From positions 1,346 through 65,345 of IMG/VR virus record IMGVR_UViG_3300047323_000190: DNA of 64,000 nucleotides; one strand, given 5' to 3'. Origin of the DNA: a virus. Taxonomy: Duplodnaviria > Caudoviricetes. Position numbers and translations under genes: made by a program. Positions 45,553 through 55,763 of the stretch are shown piece after piece (the stretch's first letter is position 1; every line of letters starts with the position of its first letter). The notes beneath the pieces are model-generated. The model was not told the origin of the DNA. It searched no databases and saw only the letters and a program-made list of their open reading frames with translations.

Positions 45553-46194
45553 ATGGACGCAGCAAAACTCCAGAAGAAGGTCTACGCAGGCTACGCAAAA
45601 GCCGCCAAGCGCATTGGCCCCGCCTACAACCTCTACCGCCCGATCTCCGCGATCAATCCGTTCTCAAACGGTCCAATCGCCACGCTGAACGCCTCTTTCA
45701 ACGCTGAGGACATGACCTACGGCAGGCCGAACAAGTACGGCAAGCCTACGTGGTTCTGCCTCGTCGACGGCTCTCAAACGCAGGTTGGCGACTACCTGAT
45801 CAACAACGATCAGACGTTCTTCATCGCCGCAATGCAACCGATCCTGCCGATTCTGGCGGTTGACTGCAACCGGACGCTGAATGTGCTGAGGCCGCAACAG
45901 CAAAGCGGATTCGGTGCGCAGCCCTATGGCGGCGATACCGCGGCTGGCGAAACGACATTGATGCAGGGCTGGCCCGCTTCGGTACTTCAAGGCACGAAGG
46001 GCGAGAAAAACGAGGTCAATCTACCGGGTGACGTGCGTAATCCGTGGTGGCAAATCCTGATGCCCGCGTTCAGCGGCGTCGTAATCGAGACTTCCGACAT
46101 CGTCACGGACGATCTCAACCGCCGCTACGTCGTTTCGAGCGCTGAATTGACGGATCTAGGTTGGCGCATTACGGCGCAATCGGCCCAGACATGA
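45553..46194 (+). CDS. Head completion/neck protein
   Basis: Position in the head-tail cluster. Confidence 0.6.
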   Translation: MDAAKLQKKVYAGYAKAAKRIGPAYNLYRPISAINPFSNGPIATLNASFNAEDMTYGRPNKYGKPTWFCLVDGSQTQVGDYLINNDQTFFIAAMQPILPILAVDCNRTLNVLRPQQQSGFGAQPYGGDTAAGETTLMQGWPASVLQGTKGEKNEVNLPGDVRNPWWQILMPAFSGVVIETSDIVTDDLNRRYVVSSAELTDLGWRITAQSAQT

Positions 46195-46206
46195 TGGATA
46201 CCCGCG

Positions 46207-47061
46207 ATGGCTGACATTTCAGACGTCTACGATAGCCTCGCAGGGCTGATCGCAGGCGTCATCTACCCTAACGGCACCAGCCAGCCTCCCGTCAACGGCA
46301 TCCAGACACGCGTGTATGGCGGCTGGCCCGTCAAGGATCAGCTAGACAAGGATTTGCGCGCTGGCAATGCCCACATCACCGTATTCGGGCGCCCGGAATC
46401 GCGCAACACGACGCGGTACATGACGATCCCGTTGGACATCACCGTCACGCCTCCAGCGCTCACGCTGACGATCAACGCCAACACGGTAACGGTTGGCGGC
46501 ACTGTCGCGGCGGGCGTGAATACGGCCATTCTGGTCGGCACGAAAGCCTATCTCTATCAGACGGTCGCGAATGACACGCTGAGCACGATCGCAACGGCGC
46601 TCGCAGCGCTGATCAACGCCGATTTTCCAGGCACGTCGGCATCTGGCTCTGTCATCACGCTACCAGCCACGGCAACTATCACCGCGGCGCGCGTAGGCGG
46701 AAGCGGCTCACAGGTCACAGAAGTTGGCCGCGTCGAACAGGTCTTCCAGATCACCATCTGGACCAACACGCCGGCGAATCGCAAGTCGATCGGCTCCCTG
46801 ATCGTACCGCAACTGATGAACAGCCGGTTTCTGACGCTGGCTGACGGCAGCGCCGCCCGCATGATCGTTCAAGGTCAACGCGACGACGACATGCCGCAGA
46901 AGGAATTGCTGTACCGGCGCGACATCATGGCAAAGGTCGAATACGCCGAGACCATCACGAACACCTCGACGCAGGTTGTCGACGTCATCGAGAACATCGC
47001 AGTCGGCGTGAATGGCTACAACGGCGGGACGTACCCGAACACGACAACCATCAACATCTGA
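46207..47061 (+). CDS. Tail terminator-like structural protein
   Basis: Position before the sheath gene. Confidence 0.6.
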   Translation: MADISDVYDSLAGLIAGVIYPNGTSQPPVNGIQTRVYGGWPVKDQLDKDLRAGNAHITVFGRPESRNTTRYMTIPLDITVTPPALTLTINANTVTVGGTVAAGVNTAILVGTKAYLYQTVANDTLSTIATALAALINADFPGTSASGSVITLPATATITAARVGGSGSQVTEVGRVEQVFQITIWTNTPANRKSIGSLIVPQLMNSRFLTLADGSAARMIVQGQRDDDMPQKELLYRRDIMAKVEYAETITNTSTQVVDVIENIAVGVNGYNGGTYPNTTTINI

Positions 47062-47068
47062 GGCACAC

Positions 47069-47206
47069 ATGGAATTCCATCTGGTCGTCAAAGAGCCCTT
47101 CGGTGGCTACCAAAAAGGCGAACTCATCAAAGACGCCGACAAGGTCAAAGAGATCCTGTCCGGCGAGAACGAGCATCACGTCCTGAAGATCGCCGCATCC
47201 GAGTAA
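47069..47206 (+). CDS. Small protein upstream of sheath
   Basis: LVV..PFG.Y.KG..I.D; GAGG SD. Confidence 0.6.
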   Translation: MEFHLVVKEPFGGYQKGELIKDADKVKEILSGENEHHVLKIAASE

Positions 47207-47227
47207 CACCCCTCCCCGCTTCGCCTG

Positions 47228-47258
47228 AAGGCCTCCTCGTGAGGCCTTTTTCTTTTTC
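47228..47258 (+). terminator. Terminator-like hairpin
   Basis: AAGGCCTC/GAGGCCTT-TTTCTTTTT. Confidence 0.7.
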
Positions 47259-47269
47259 TGGAGCATGAA

Positions 47270-48796
47270 TTGACACAGATCGTCCAGTACGGGCAGGTCA
47301 ACACCACGGCTTTGATCGTGCCGGACCTGATCGTCCAGATCATCGCGCCGCAAGTAGCGCAACTGAACGGCGTTCCCACGAACGTTGCCGGCTTTGTCGG
47401 TACCGCGACGTGGGGCCCGGTCAACTCCCCGACCATCGTCGGCAGCATGGCTGATTACGCCCGCAATTTCGGCGCGATCCAGAACCGTCTTTACGACATG
47501 GGGACGGCTGTCGCTGCTGCAGTCCTGCAGGGCGCCAACAACTTCCGCTGCGTGCGCGTGACGGATGGTACGGATGCCGCCGCAACCGTTTCCATTCAGT
47601 CGACCTGCCTGACGGCGACTGCCAAGTACACCGGCACGCTCGGCAACTCGGTACAGGTGCAGATCGCCAACGGCTCGCTTGCGAGTTCGTACAAGGCGAT
47701 CGTGACCCTTCCCGGCCAGACGCCGGAAGTGTTCGACAACATCACCGGCTCCGGTAACGCGCTGTGGGTCAACATGGCCGCAGCGATCAACAATGGCCAG
47801 GTCGGTGCGCGCGGTCCCTCGCAGATCATCGTTGCGACGGCTGGTGCGGGCACGACCGCCCCGACGCTGTCGACGTACAGCCTGGTAGGCGGTCTGGACG
47901 GCGCGACGACGATCACCGGCTCGGTGCTGGTTGGTGTCGACACAATCCCGCGCAAGGGCATGTATGCGTTGCGCGGCACGGGTGCATCGGTTGCCGCCCT
48001 CGTTGATTGCTCGGACACGACGACCTTCTCGACGCAGGTGTCGTATGGCCTGTCAGAGGGCACGTACATGATCGGCGCGACGGCCGCTGGCGACACGATC
48101 AGCAACGCGGTGACGACGAAAGCCACTGCTGGCATCGACTCGTACGCGTTCAAGTACATGTTCGGCGACTGGGTCTATTTCCTTGATCCGGTCAATGGCG
48201 GTACGCGCCTGATCTCACCTCAGGGCTACGTCGTTGGCGTGCTGGCGAACCTCGCGCCGCAGAACTCGTCGCTGAACAAGCCGCTGTATGGCGTGGTGGG
48301 CACGCAGAAGTCGTATCAGAACCAGCAGTACTCGAGCGCAGAACTTCAGGCGCTGGCTCAGGCTGGCATCGACGTCATCACGAACCCGATTCCCGCAGGC
48401 AATCAGTTTGGCTGCCGGATCGGTCACAACAGTTCGTCGGACAGCACGCGCAACGGCGACAACTACACGCGGATGACCAACTACCTCGCGGCCACGACGG
48501 CGCAAGGCATGGGCATCTATGACGGGCGTCTGCAATCGGTACAGCCGACCGACCCGCTGCGTCGTTCTGTGAAGGCAACGCTGGACAACTTCTATCTCGG
48601 TCTCCAGCAGCAAAACATGATCGACGACTTCACGGTCCAGTGCGATCTGAACAACAACACGCCGTCGCGCATCGCTCTGGGCTATCTGCAGGCCGATGTC
48701 CGCGTGCGCTACCTCGCTGTCGCCGAAAAGATCCTGATCAACCAGGAAGGCGGCCAGTCCGTGACGATCACCCGTCAGCAAGTCCCCTCGTTTTAA
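47270..48796 (+). CDS. Contractile tail sheath protein
   Basis: GVPTN..G.VG.A.WGPVN.P; C-terminal CD..NN....I..G.L. Confidence 0.92.
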   Translation: MTQIVQYGQVNTTALIVPDLIVQIIAPQVAQLNGVPTNVAGFVGTATWGPVNSPTIVGSMADYARNFGAIQNRLYDMGTAVAAAVLQGANNFRCVRVTDGTDAAATVSIQSTCLTATAKYTGTLGNSVQVQIANGSLASSYKAIVTLPGQTPEVFDNITGSGNALWVNMAAAINNGQVGARGPSQIIVATAGAGTTAPTLSTYSLVGGLDGATTITGSVLVGVDTIPRKGMYALRGTGASVAALVDCSDTTTFSTQVSYGLSEGTYMIGATAAGDTISNAVTTKATAGIDSYAFKYMFGDWVYFLDPVNGGTRLISPQGYVVGVLANLAPQNSSLNKPLYGVVGTQKSYQNQQYSSAELQALAQAGIDVITNPIPAGNQFGCRIGHNSSSDSTRNGDNYTRMTNYLAATTAQGMGIYDGRLQSVQPTDPLRRSVKATLDNFYLGLQQQNMIDDFTVQCDLNNNTPSRIALGYLQADVRVRYLAVAEKILINQEGGQSVTITRQQVPSF

Positions 48797-48806
48797 GGAA
48801 TAGAAC

Positions 48807-49238
48807 ATGGCAATCGGTCCTTTTAACACCGGCCGGGACGTTGTGCTTGACGTCATGACCCCGACCGGCCCGCTGCGCCTGCCCACGACGACGACGAGCT
48901 GGGAAGCAAAGCCGAAGTACAAGGAAATCGAGTCCGTCTCGATCGGCGGCGAAAACAACCACGCGTCGATTCCGATCGGCTGGACCGGAACCATCGGTCT
49001 TGACCGCACGGACAACCAGGTTGACGCCTTTTTCGCGACGCTGGAAGCGAACTACTACGCCGGCATCAACATCGGCTACGCGACGATCACCGAGACGATC
49101 TCGGAAGGTAATGGCTCGGTGAGCCAGTACCGCTACACGAAAGTGTCGCTGCGTCTCGAAGAGCATGGCAAGTTTGTAGGCGATGACCGCGTTCAGGTCA
49201 CGATCGGGTTCTCGGCGTCGCGTCGCGTTCCGCTGTAA
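48807..49238 (+). CDS. Tail tube protein
   Basis: Follows sheath; 143 aa, beta-rich. Confidence 0.8.
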   Translation: MAIGPFNTGRDVVLDVMTPTGPLRLPTTTTSWEAKPKYKEIESVSIGGENNHASIPIGWTGTIGLDRTDNQVDAFFATLEANYYAGINIGYATITETISEGNGSVSQYRYTKVSLRLEEHGKFVGDDRVQVTIGFSASRRVPL

Positions 49239-49245
49239 CGACTAA

Positions 49246-49326
49246 AACCGCAGATAGGCCGGCCAGCCGACAAGCGCGCTTCCCGGGCGCGTTTCTGCGG
49301 TTCCAATACCCGGGTATCTGCGGGAG
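49246..49326 (+). promoter_or_regulatory. Three-way-junction cis RNA element, copy 2
   Basis: AACCGCAGA-TA-GGC(N6)GCC-GACAA-P3-TCTGCGGTT; P3 loop TTCCCG is complementary to SD CGGGAG. Confidence 0.6.
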
Positions 49327-49336
49327 ATATCCCTAA

Positions 49337-49702
49337 ATGACGAAGAAACCCACGCTGGAACTGAACGCGGCAACAGTTGAGCAACCCGCTCCGGCTGCCG
49401 ACAACCTCGTCACGGACGCAAAAGGTCGCGTGCTGAAGGTCGTTGATCCCGACATCCTGGCCGAGAGTCGTCTGATGCGCATGGTCGGCCCGGAAGCAGC
49501 GCTGAACCCGGCTTACATGCGGCTCTACGTGATGCCGGCCGTCTCGGTTGTCGAGATTGACGGCGAAGAAATGCCATTTCCGATGAGCCAGCGCGAAGTT
49601 GATGCAGCGATCAAGCGACTCGATCACGACGGCATCAACGCTGTCATCCAGTATCAGGCGAAGAAGCGCGAAGGCGAAGAGAAGGACGCGGTAAAAAACT
49701 AG
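49337..49702 (+). CDS. Tail assembly chaperone (gpG-like)
   Basis: Follows tube gene; ends in slippery A AAA AAC TAG. Confidence 0.8.
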   Translation: MTKKPTLELNAATVEQPAPAADNLVTDAKGRVLKVVDPDILAESRLMRMVGPEAALNPAYMRLYVMPAVSVVEIDGEEMPFPMSQREVDAAIKRLDHDGINAVIQYQAKKREGEEKDAVKN

Positions 49703-49902
49703 CCCGGAACCCCGCTTTTCAGGAGGCTTGCTGGCTGATGAAGAACGGGGTTCCGTTTCATACCGCTTTCGGAATGCCGAAGAGTCGCGCGGACGACTGG
49801 CAGATAGACAGAATCGAGCGTCGGGCGTTCGCGATCACGTTCTCCATCTTCAACGGTGCTGAGTATGACTGGGAAGCGATGCGCTTCAAGGAGTCGAAGT
49901 GA
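49693..49902 (+). CDS. -1 frameshift extension of the chaperone (gpGT-like)
   Basis: -1 frame open: LARNPAFQEACWLMKNGVPF...DWEAMRFKESK*; its stop overlaps the next GTG. Confidence 0.75.
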   Translation, partial: KKLARNPAFQEACWLMKNGVPFHTAFGMPKSRADDWQIDRIERRAFAITFSIFNGAEYDWEAMRFKESK

Positions 49903-50375
49903 CGCAATACAGTAGCTTCGGCGCCTTCGCCAATCATCTGCAAAAACTCGCAGTGACGACGCCGGAAGTGACACACGAGATGGTCAAGTCTGGCGCGGAA
50001 GAGATCGAGGAAACGGCGAAGGGCATGATCGGGTTCTATCAGACCGATATCGCGCCCTATCCTACCTGGGCGCCGCTCAGTGAGAAGTACGAAGCCGCGA
50101 AGGTTGCGGCTGGATTTGAGCCGGATGCGCCGCTTCTGCGTACGGGCGAGATGCAGAAGAGCGTCAAGTCGCACGCCGAACGCAATGAGGCGGTGACTGG
50201 CTCGAATGACAAAGTGCTGGAGTATCACGAGTTCGGCACGCCGAAGATGCCGCCTCGTCCCGTTTTGGGACCGGCTGCGCATCACAGCACACCTAGGATT
50301 TTGTCTCGCATGGCTGCGACGACGTTTTACTTTCTATCCGGTAAGGGCTGGCGGAATCAGCTACGCCGGAAATAG
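49899..50375 (+). CDS. Virion morphogenesis protein (HK97 gp10 / Mu G-like)
   Basis: WAPLS...PLLRTG.M..S...GS.....YHEFGT.KMPPRP.L. Confidence 0.8.
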   Translation: MTQYSSFGAFANHLQKLAVTTPEVTHEMVKSGAEEIEETAKGMIGFYQTDIAPYPTWAPLSEKYEAAKVAAGFEPDAPLLRTGEMQKSVKSHAERNEAVTGSNDKVLEYHEFGTPKMPPRPVLGPAAHHSTPRILSRMAATTFYFLSGKGWRNQLRRK

Positions 50376-50605
50376 AAGAACAGAAAGACGATCGCGACGA
50401 TCGCCAGATAGACGCCGATGTATGGCACGAATAGCAGCGTCGGTGGCGTGAATAACGCCACTGGACGCGGTATGTACGGACGCGTTGCCCATCGTGCTTT
50501 CCAGCCATGAGAATGCCCACTCAGGCTTTTCACCTTCGGCTTCGGGTACTGAATAAAGCTGACGCGGTCAGCCAGCCATTCATGGATTCGGTAGGCGATG
50601 CCCAT
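50357..50605 (-). CDS. Small membrane moron on the opposite strand
   Basis: GGAG SD; C-terminal TM segment. Confidence 0.55.
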   Translation of the reverse strand: MGIAYRIHEWLADRVSFIQYPKPKVKSLSGHSHGWKARWATRPYIPRPVALFTPPTLLFVPYIGVYLAIVAIVFLFFYFRRS

Positions 50606-50640
50606 AGAAACTCCAGTAAGTCATTGAGTATATAGCGGAA

Positions 50641-52548
50641 ATGATCAACGTCTACGAAATCGGCACGACGCTCAAGCTGAATGACCTGATCACGCCGCAA
50701 CTGCTCAAGTTGTCGGAAGAATTTCGCAAGGTCGACGCTCAGGTTCTGCAGATCGGCAAGCGCCTGCAGAAGATGGGCGCTGAAATCGTCGGCATTCGTA
50801 ATCTTGCTGGCGCGACGAAAAGCCTGGCCGCCAGCATGAAGGCGATCAAGGACGAATCGGCGCTGGCAGAAAAGAACCTGTTCGCGCTGCGTATGGCGCT
50901 TCCTCATGGAGGCCTCGGACTAGAGTCGGAACTGATTGCGGCGAATGTGCAGGCCCGGACGCTGGCGGCGACGCTGGCCGGTATTCGTGGCGGCGGTCGC
51001 CTTCCTCCGGGCGGTGGTGGCGGTCATTTGCCGTCTCCTGGCACCGGCGGTGGCGGCGGTCGTCATGGTGGCCGCATCCATGGCGGCAACCTGCACATGG
51101 GTTCGAACGGCATCGGTATCGGTGGTGTCGGCATTGGCCTGATGAGCGACGCGCTAGTCCCGCTCGGTGCCGGCATGCTGACCTACTACGTCGGCAAACA
51201 GTTCTACGAAGGCGCGAAGGACTACCAAGACGCCTTCATGCGCTTCAAGTCGCTGAATCTCGGTGATCAAGTCAACGCTGAGGCTGACAAGTTCGTCAAG
51301 GCGACCAAGGTCTATGGCGTCTCGCAGACCGAGTTGATGAAGGCGCTGGGCGAATCGGTCGGCCTGTTCGGCTCATTCGAAGAGGCGAAGAAGTTCACGC
51401 CCGACCTGCTGACGCTCGGCAAGGCCAACTCCGCTGTATTCGGCGACAAGCTTGGGCACATGGACGAAGAGGGGTTGAAAAGCCTGCTCAAGTTCATTGA
51501 TCGACGCGGCGGGTTCAAGGACGAGGCGACATTCAAGCGCAATCTCGACCTCGCCGAAAAAATGGTGACCGGTTCGTCCGGCTTCCTGAAGTTTCAGGAT
51601 CTCGCGGGGTTCTCGCAGAACGCCGGCACGGCATTCCGCAGCCTTTCGGATGAAGGCCTTCTGCATATGGAAGGCCTGCTGATCGAACAGGGCGGACAGA
51701 AGGCCGGTACGGCGCTGATGAGCTTGTATCAGAACCTCGTCGCAGGCCGAACGCCGAAGAAGACGATGGGCTTGCTGCAGGAACTTGGGCTTGCCCAGCT
51801 TGCCATGCAGGAGCATGGTGCGGTCGGCGGAAAGCCGATGAAATCACTCGTGATGACCGGCATAAGGGGTTCCGAACTGCTCCAGTCTGATCCGGCGAAG
51901 TGGATGACTGATGTGCTTATGCCCGCTCTCACCGCCAAAGGCATCACGAAAGAGGGCGACGTTCTGAAGGCCGTCAACGACGTGCTATCGAATCGCAATG
52001 CGTCCAATCAGGGCTCACTGATGACGACGCAGCAGTTGCAGATACTGCGGGATCAGAAACTGGCAACTGGCGCGATGGGGGCCGACAAGGTCACGAAGAT
52101 GTTCGGCGACTCGGCATCTGGTGCTGAAGCCGACTTCGATGCTGCGTGGACGGACTTCAAAAAGCAGTTCGGCACGACGATGCTGCCGCAGATCACGAGC
52201 ATGCTGAAGACGGGAACGGATTTGCTGCGCTCATTGGCAAGCATCACCGAAAGCGAGAACTTCAAGTCGTTCATGAGCTTCGCATCAAAGGTCAATGGCA
52301 CTTTTGGATGGCTGCCAAAGCAGTTTTTCGGAAGCGCTAACGCCGCAGAGCCTGGGCAGAGCCCGAACGTTAAATCGGGTACGCCGCAACCGTTCAAGTT
52401 GAGCACCACGATCAATCTCGATGGCCGAAAGATCGGCGAGGCCGCAACGGATTACATCCTGAACGGCTTTGGCAAGGCCCAATCAACCAGTTCCGGCTTC
52501 GACATGACACGCTCCGCCCCGCCAATCGGCCACTCCTACGCGAAATAA
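50641..52548 (+). CDS. Tape measure protein
   Basis: Position; helical Ala/Gly/Leu-rich; C-terminal INLDGRKI. Confidence 0.8.
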   Translation: MINVYEIGTTLKLNDLITPQLLKLSEEFRKVDAQVLQIGKRLQKMGAEIVGIRNLAGATKSLAASMKAIKDESALAEKNLFALRMALPHGGLGLESELIAANVQARTLAATLAGIRGGGRLPPGGGGGHLPSPGTGGGGGRHGGRIHGGNLHMGSNGIGIGGVGIGLMSDALVPLGAGMLTYYVGKQFYEGAKDYQDAFMRFKSLNLGDQVNAEADKFVKATKVYGVSQTELMKALGESVGLFGSFEEAKKFTPDLLTLGKANSAVFGDKLGHMDEEGLKSLLKFIDRRGGFKDEATFKRNLDLAEKMVTGSSGFLKFQDLAGFSQNAGTAFRSLSDEGLLHMEGLLIEQGGQKAGTALMSLYQNLVAGRTPKKTMGLLQELGLAQLAMQEHGAVGGKPMKSLVMTGIRGSELLQSDPAKWMTDVLMPALTAKGITKEGDVLKAVNDVLSNRNASNQGSLMTTQQLQILRDQKLATGAMGADKVTKMFGDSASGAEADFDAAWTDFKKQFGTTMLPQITSMLKTGTDLLRSLASITESENFKSFMSFASKVNGTFGWLPKQFFGSANAAEPGQSPNVKSGTPQPFKLSTTINLDGRKIGEAATDYILNGFGKAQSTSSGFDMTRSAPPIGHSYAK

Positions 52549-52551
52549 CTC

Positions 52552-53505
52552 ATGGCAACTTCCCTTTCCCTCGGCGACGTTCTCTTTGCCGATCTGGAAG
52601 TCCCTGAGCACATCACGTTCGGTGGCGAACAGCGGCTGACGGTGCATGAACTGGTCGGCGGCACGCGCATTGTCGATGCGATGGGCCGTTCCGACATGCC
52701 GCTGGACTGGTCGGGCTGGTTCATGGGGCAAAACGCGCTAGCTCGTGCGCAATATCTCGAGGCGCAGCGCATCGCCGGTATGTCGGTGCCGTTAGTGTGG
52801 TCGGAACTGTTCTACGACGTCGTTATCCAGCGATTCGAGGCGGATTTCCAGCGCGAATGGATGATCCCGTACCGGATCACCTGCGTTGTCGTCGCGAATC
52901 ACTCGCAGCCCGTGACGTCGCTCGCTGGCCCGTCGATCAATGACCTGATTAACACGGACCTATCGAGCGCGAACCTGCTTACGGGCCAGATTGGCAATAG
53001 CACGTTGACGGGCCTGATGAGTTCGGTCAATTCGGCTATCTCGACCGTATCCAGTTTCGCCAGCGCAACGGCGAGCACGATCAACAGCGTGCTTCAGCCG
53101 ATCAACGCGGTACAGCAACAGGTCGCAACGCTGATCGGGCAGGCGGCGAACACGATGCAGAACGTTACGACGCTGGGCGGCATTCTGCCGAACAACCCGA
53201 TTTCGCAATCGGTGGCGCAGCTTTCTGCGCAAGTCACGGCGTATCAGACGTCCCCCTTGCTCTACAACCTCCAGTCGGTCATGGGGCGCATGTCGACCAA
53301 CCTCAGCAGCGTCACTGGTGCCGCGCAACAGATCACGGTGGCGGGCGGAAACCTCATGCAAATCGCCGCGAAAGTCTACGGCAAAGCTGAGGCATGGACG
53401 GGCATCGCGAAGGCGAATGGCGTCAAAGATCCTGTTGTGCAGGGCGTTCAAACACTCAATATCCCAGTCACGCCGGATAACAGCGGCGGCGTCCTCTCAG
53501 CGTAA
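52552..53505 (+). CDS. Tail tube initiator/baseplate protein with LysM-like C-terminus
   Basis: FGG.Q.L.VH.L.GG.R..DA.G; L..IAA..YG....W..IA.AN. Confidence 0.75.
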   Translation: MATSLSLGDVLFADLEVPEHITFGGEQRLTVHELVGGTRIVDAMGRSDMPLDWSGWFMGQNALARAQYLEAQRIAGMSVPLVWSELFYDVVIQRFEADFQREWMIPYRITCVVVANHSQPVTSLAGPSINDLINTDLSSANLLTGQIGNSTLTGLMSSVNSAISTVSSFASATASTINSVLQPINAVQQQVATLIGQAANTMQNVTTLGGILPNNPISQSVAQLSAQVTAYQTSPLLYNLQSVMGRMSTNLSSVTGAAQQITVAGGNLMQIAAKVYGKAEAWTGIAKANGVKDPVVQGVQTLNIPVTPDNSGGVLSA

Positions 53506-54651
53506 ATGACAACACTCAACATCGTTCCTGCGGTTCCCGTCGCACGGCAGCCGCGGGGGATGGTGTTGCTGGGCGATCCGAATCAGCCCGGTACATCCGT
53601 TCCATGGATCGACTGGGATGTCGAGCAGAACACGTGGCACTCGGCCAGCACGTTCCGCATGCGCCTGCCGATTTCTGCGCTGGCGTCGCCGATCGATCTG
53701 AATTACATCCTCGGCACGAACCCGATCCAAGCGCAGATATTCGCCGGCTTTCCGGGAAATCCCGACAAGTACGGCACGTCTGACCTTCAGCAACTCATCA
53801 CGGGCAACGTCGACAACATCCAGTTTGATCCGGTGCGCCGCGTTGTCGAGCTGTCGGGGCGCGATTACACGTCGCTGCTGATCGATGCGAAGACGTTCGA
53901 CCGCTGGACCAACCAGACAGCCAGTGAGATTGCAACGACGCTTGCCAAGCGACACGGATTGACGCCGCAGGTCACGGCGACAACGGGCGCAGTCGGCAAG
54001 ATCTATGAAATCGACAAGATCCACGATCGCCACGGCTCGACCGAATGGGAGTTGCTCACCTGGCTAGCTGGCATCTACGACTTCGTGGCGTATGTGCAGG
54101 GCATGACGCTGTACTTCGGACCGAAGCCAAATCCGCAGACCGCGACACCCTACGCGCTGCAGTGGAAGAATCCGGACGCTCTGACCGCCACGACGTTTCA
54201 GGGCAACGTGCTGGACATGTCGTTCTCGCGAACTCTGACTGTTGGTAAAGGCGTCATCGTTCAGGTGCACAGCTTCAATCACAAGCAGAAAGCCGGGTTC
54301 TCGGTCACCTATCCGACTGGAAAGGCGAAAGGCGCGGCTCCGGGTACTGCTAAGGCGCCGGCGCAGGTCTACAGCTACATCATCGCCAACCTGACGCAGC
54401 AAGACGCGCAGCAACGGGCGCAGTCGATCTACAACGACATCATCCAGCACGAGCTGAAGATGAGCGCCGAGTTACCTGGCGACAACATCCTGACGCCGAA
54501 CACTATGGTGAGCGTTTCCGGGACACAAACCAAGTTCGACACGATGTACTACGTCGAATCGGTCAATCGCCGCATGAGCATGGATTCAGGCTACACCATG
54601 AACGTGCGCGGCAAGAATCACAGTCTCGACACCACGGTTATCCCCTCATGA
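53506..54651 (+). CDS. Baseplate hub (gpD/gp44-like)
   Basis: G.VD...LSGRD.T..LID...A..HGL. Confidence 0.8.
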   Translation: MTTLNIVPAVPVARQPRGMVLLGDPNQPGTSVPWIDWDVEQNTWHSASTFRMRLPISALASPIDLNYILGTNPIQAQIFAGFPGNPDKYGTSDLQQLITGNVDNIQFDPVRRVVELSGRDYTSLLIDAKTFDRWTNQTASEIATTLAKRHGLTPQVTATTGAVGKIYEIDKIHDRHGSTEWELLTWLAGIYDFVAYVQGMTLYFGPKPNPQTATPYALQWKNPDALTATTFQGNVLDMSFSRTLTVGKGVIVQVHSFNHKQKAGFSVTYPTGKAKGAAPGTAKAPAQVYSYIIANLTQQDAQQRAQSIYNDIIQHELKMSAELPGDNILTPNTMVSVSGTQTKFDTMYYVESVNRRMSMDSGYTMNVRGKNHSLDTTVIPS

Positions 54652-55304
54652 GCATCGACTCGCTACTCAATACGATCCGCGCTCAGGCGCAGATGAGTCA
54701 GGGTGAGAAGACCGGAAACCGCGTCGGCCTCATTACGGCTTATGACCCGAACAAATACGCCGTTAAGGTCAAGATGTGGCCTGACACACAGGAGTCGCTT
54801 GGCTGGATTCCTCTCGCATCTCCGTGGATCGGTAATGGATGGGGCTTGGTTGCGGGACCATCCATCAACGATCAGGTCAAGATCGCATTTGACCGCGAGG
54901 ACCAGGATGCAGGCGTGGTGGTTGGGCGGATGTACACCGATGTCGATCAACCGCCCCCGGTTCCGTCTGGTGAGTTCTGGCTCATTCACAAGTCCGGATC
55001 GCTGCTGAAATTTCATAACGATGGCACGGTCGAGATTGCAGCCAATACCACCATGAAATACACGGCGACGCAGCATCACTTTGTCGGGCCTGTGCAGATG
55101 GACAGCACGCTGAACGTCAATCAAACAATCAGCGGCGAAGGCGGCATTACAGTCAGTGGTGACAACGGCACAGGCAACGCGTCGACGGTCACGGGTAACG
55201 TCAATTTCGTTGGCACTGTTATGGCGAATGGCAAGCATATCGACAACACGCACATCCATAGCAACGGCAACGGCGGCGCCAACACAGGTTCGGTGGTTGC
55301 ATGA
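54648..55304 (+). CDS. Baseplate spike (gpV)
   Basis: OB-fold N-terminus; C-terminal H.H motif. Confidence 0.85.
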   Translation: MSIDSLLNTIRAQAQMSQGEKTGNRVGLITAYDPNKYAVKVKMWPDTQESLGWIPLASPWIGNGWGLVAGPSINDQVKIAFDREDQDAGVVVGRMYTDVDQPPPVPSGEFWLIHKSGSLLKFHNDGTVEIAANTTMKYTATQHHFVGPVQMDSTLNVNQTISGEGGITVSGDNGTGNASTVTGNVNFVGTVMANGKHIDNTHIHSNGNGGANTGSVVA

Positions 55305-55702
55305 CGACACAATCTCTTGCCGATCTCAATCAGCTCTGGTCTCAGGATATCGTGCCGTCGCCAACCGGCGATCTCGGCATTGCAACTGACGCCACTCGCA
55401 GCCAGCAACGCGTCATCCGCCGGCTGCTGACGAACCCGCTCGACGCAAACGGACCTCCCGACTACGCGCTGCATCCGGATTACGGTGCGGGCTTAGCGCG
55501 ATACGTTGGCCGCAATATCGACCTCGCCAAGATGCGCGCGCTGATCCGCGGGCAAATGCTGCTCGAGGATTCGGTGTCGAAGAATCCGCAGCCGCAGATC
55601 ACGCTCACGCTACCTGATCCGACAACGCTATCGGTCTACATCCGGTACACCGTCGCCGGGTCAGGGTCGCCGGCAACTCTATCCTTTAATGTGAACGGTT
55701 AG
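55301..55702 (+). CDS. Baseplate wedge protein (gpW/gp25-like)
   Basis: GDL...Q...RRLLT....HPDYGAGL. Confidence 0.8.
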   Translation: MTTQSLADLNQLWSQDIVPSPTGDLGIATDATRSQQRVIRRLLTNPLDANGPPDYALHPDYGAGLARYVGRNIDLAKMRALIRGQMLLEDSVSKNPQPQITLTLPDPTTLSVYIRYTVAGSGSPATLSFNVNG

Positions 55703-55720
55703 CCGTTCATCACGCCCACC

Positions 55721-55749
55721 AAGGCCACCTACTGCAGGTGGCCTTTTTT
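55721..55749 (+). terminator. Terminator-like hairpin
   Basis: AAGGCCACCT/AGGTGGCCTT-TTTT. Confidence 0.7.
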
Positions 55750-55763
55750 ATTGCCGAGCGGAA

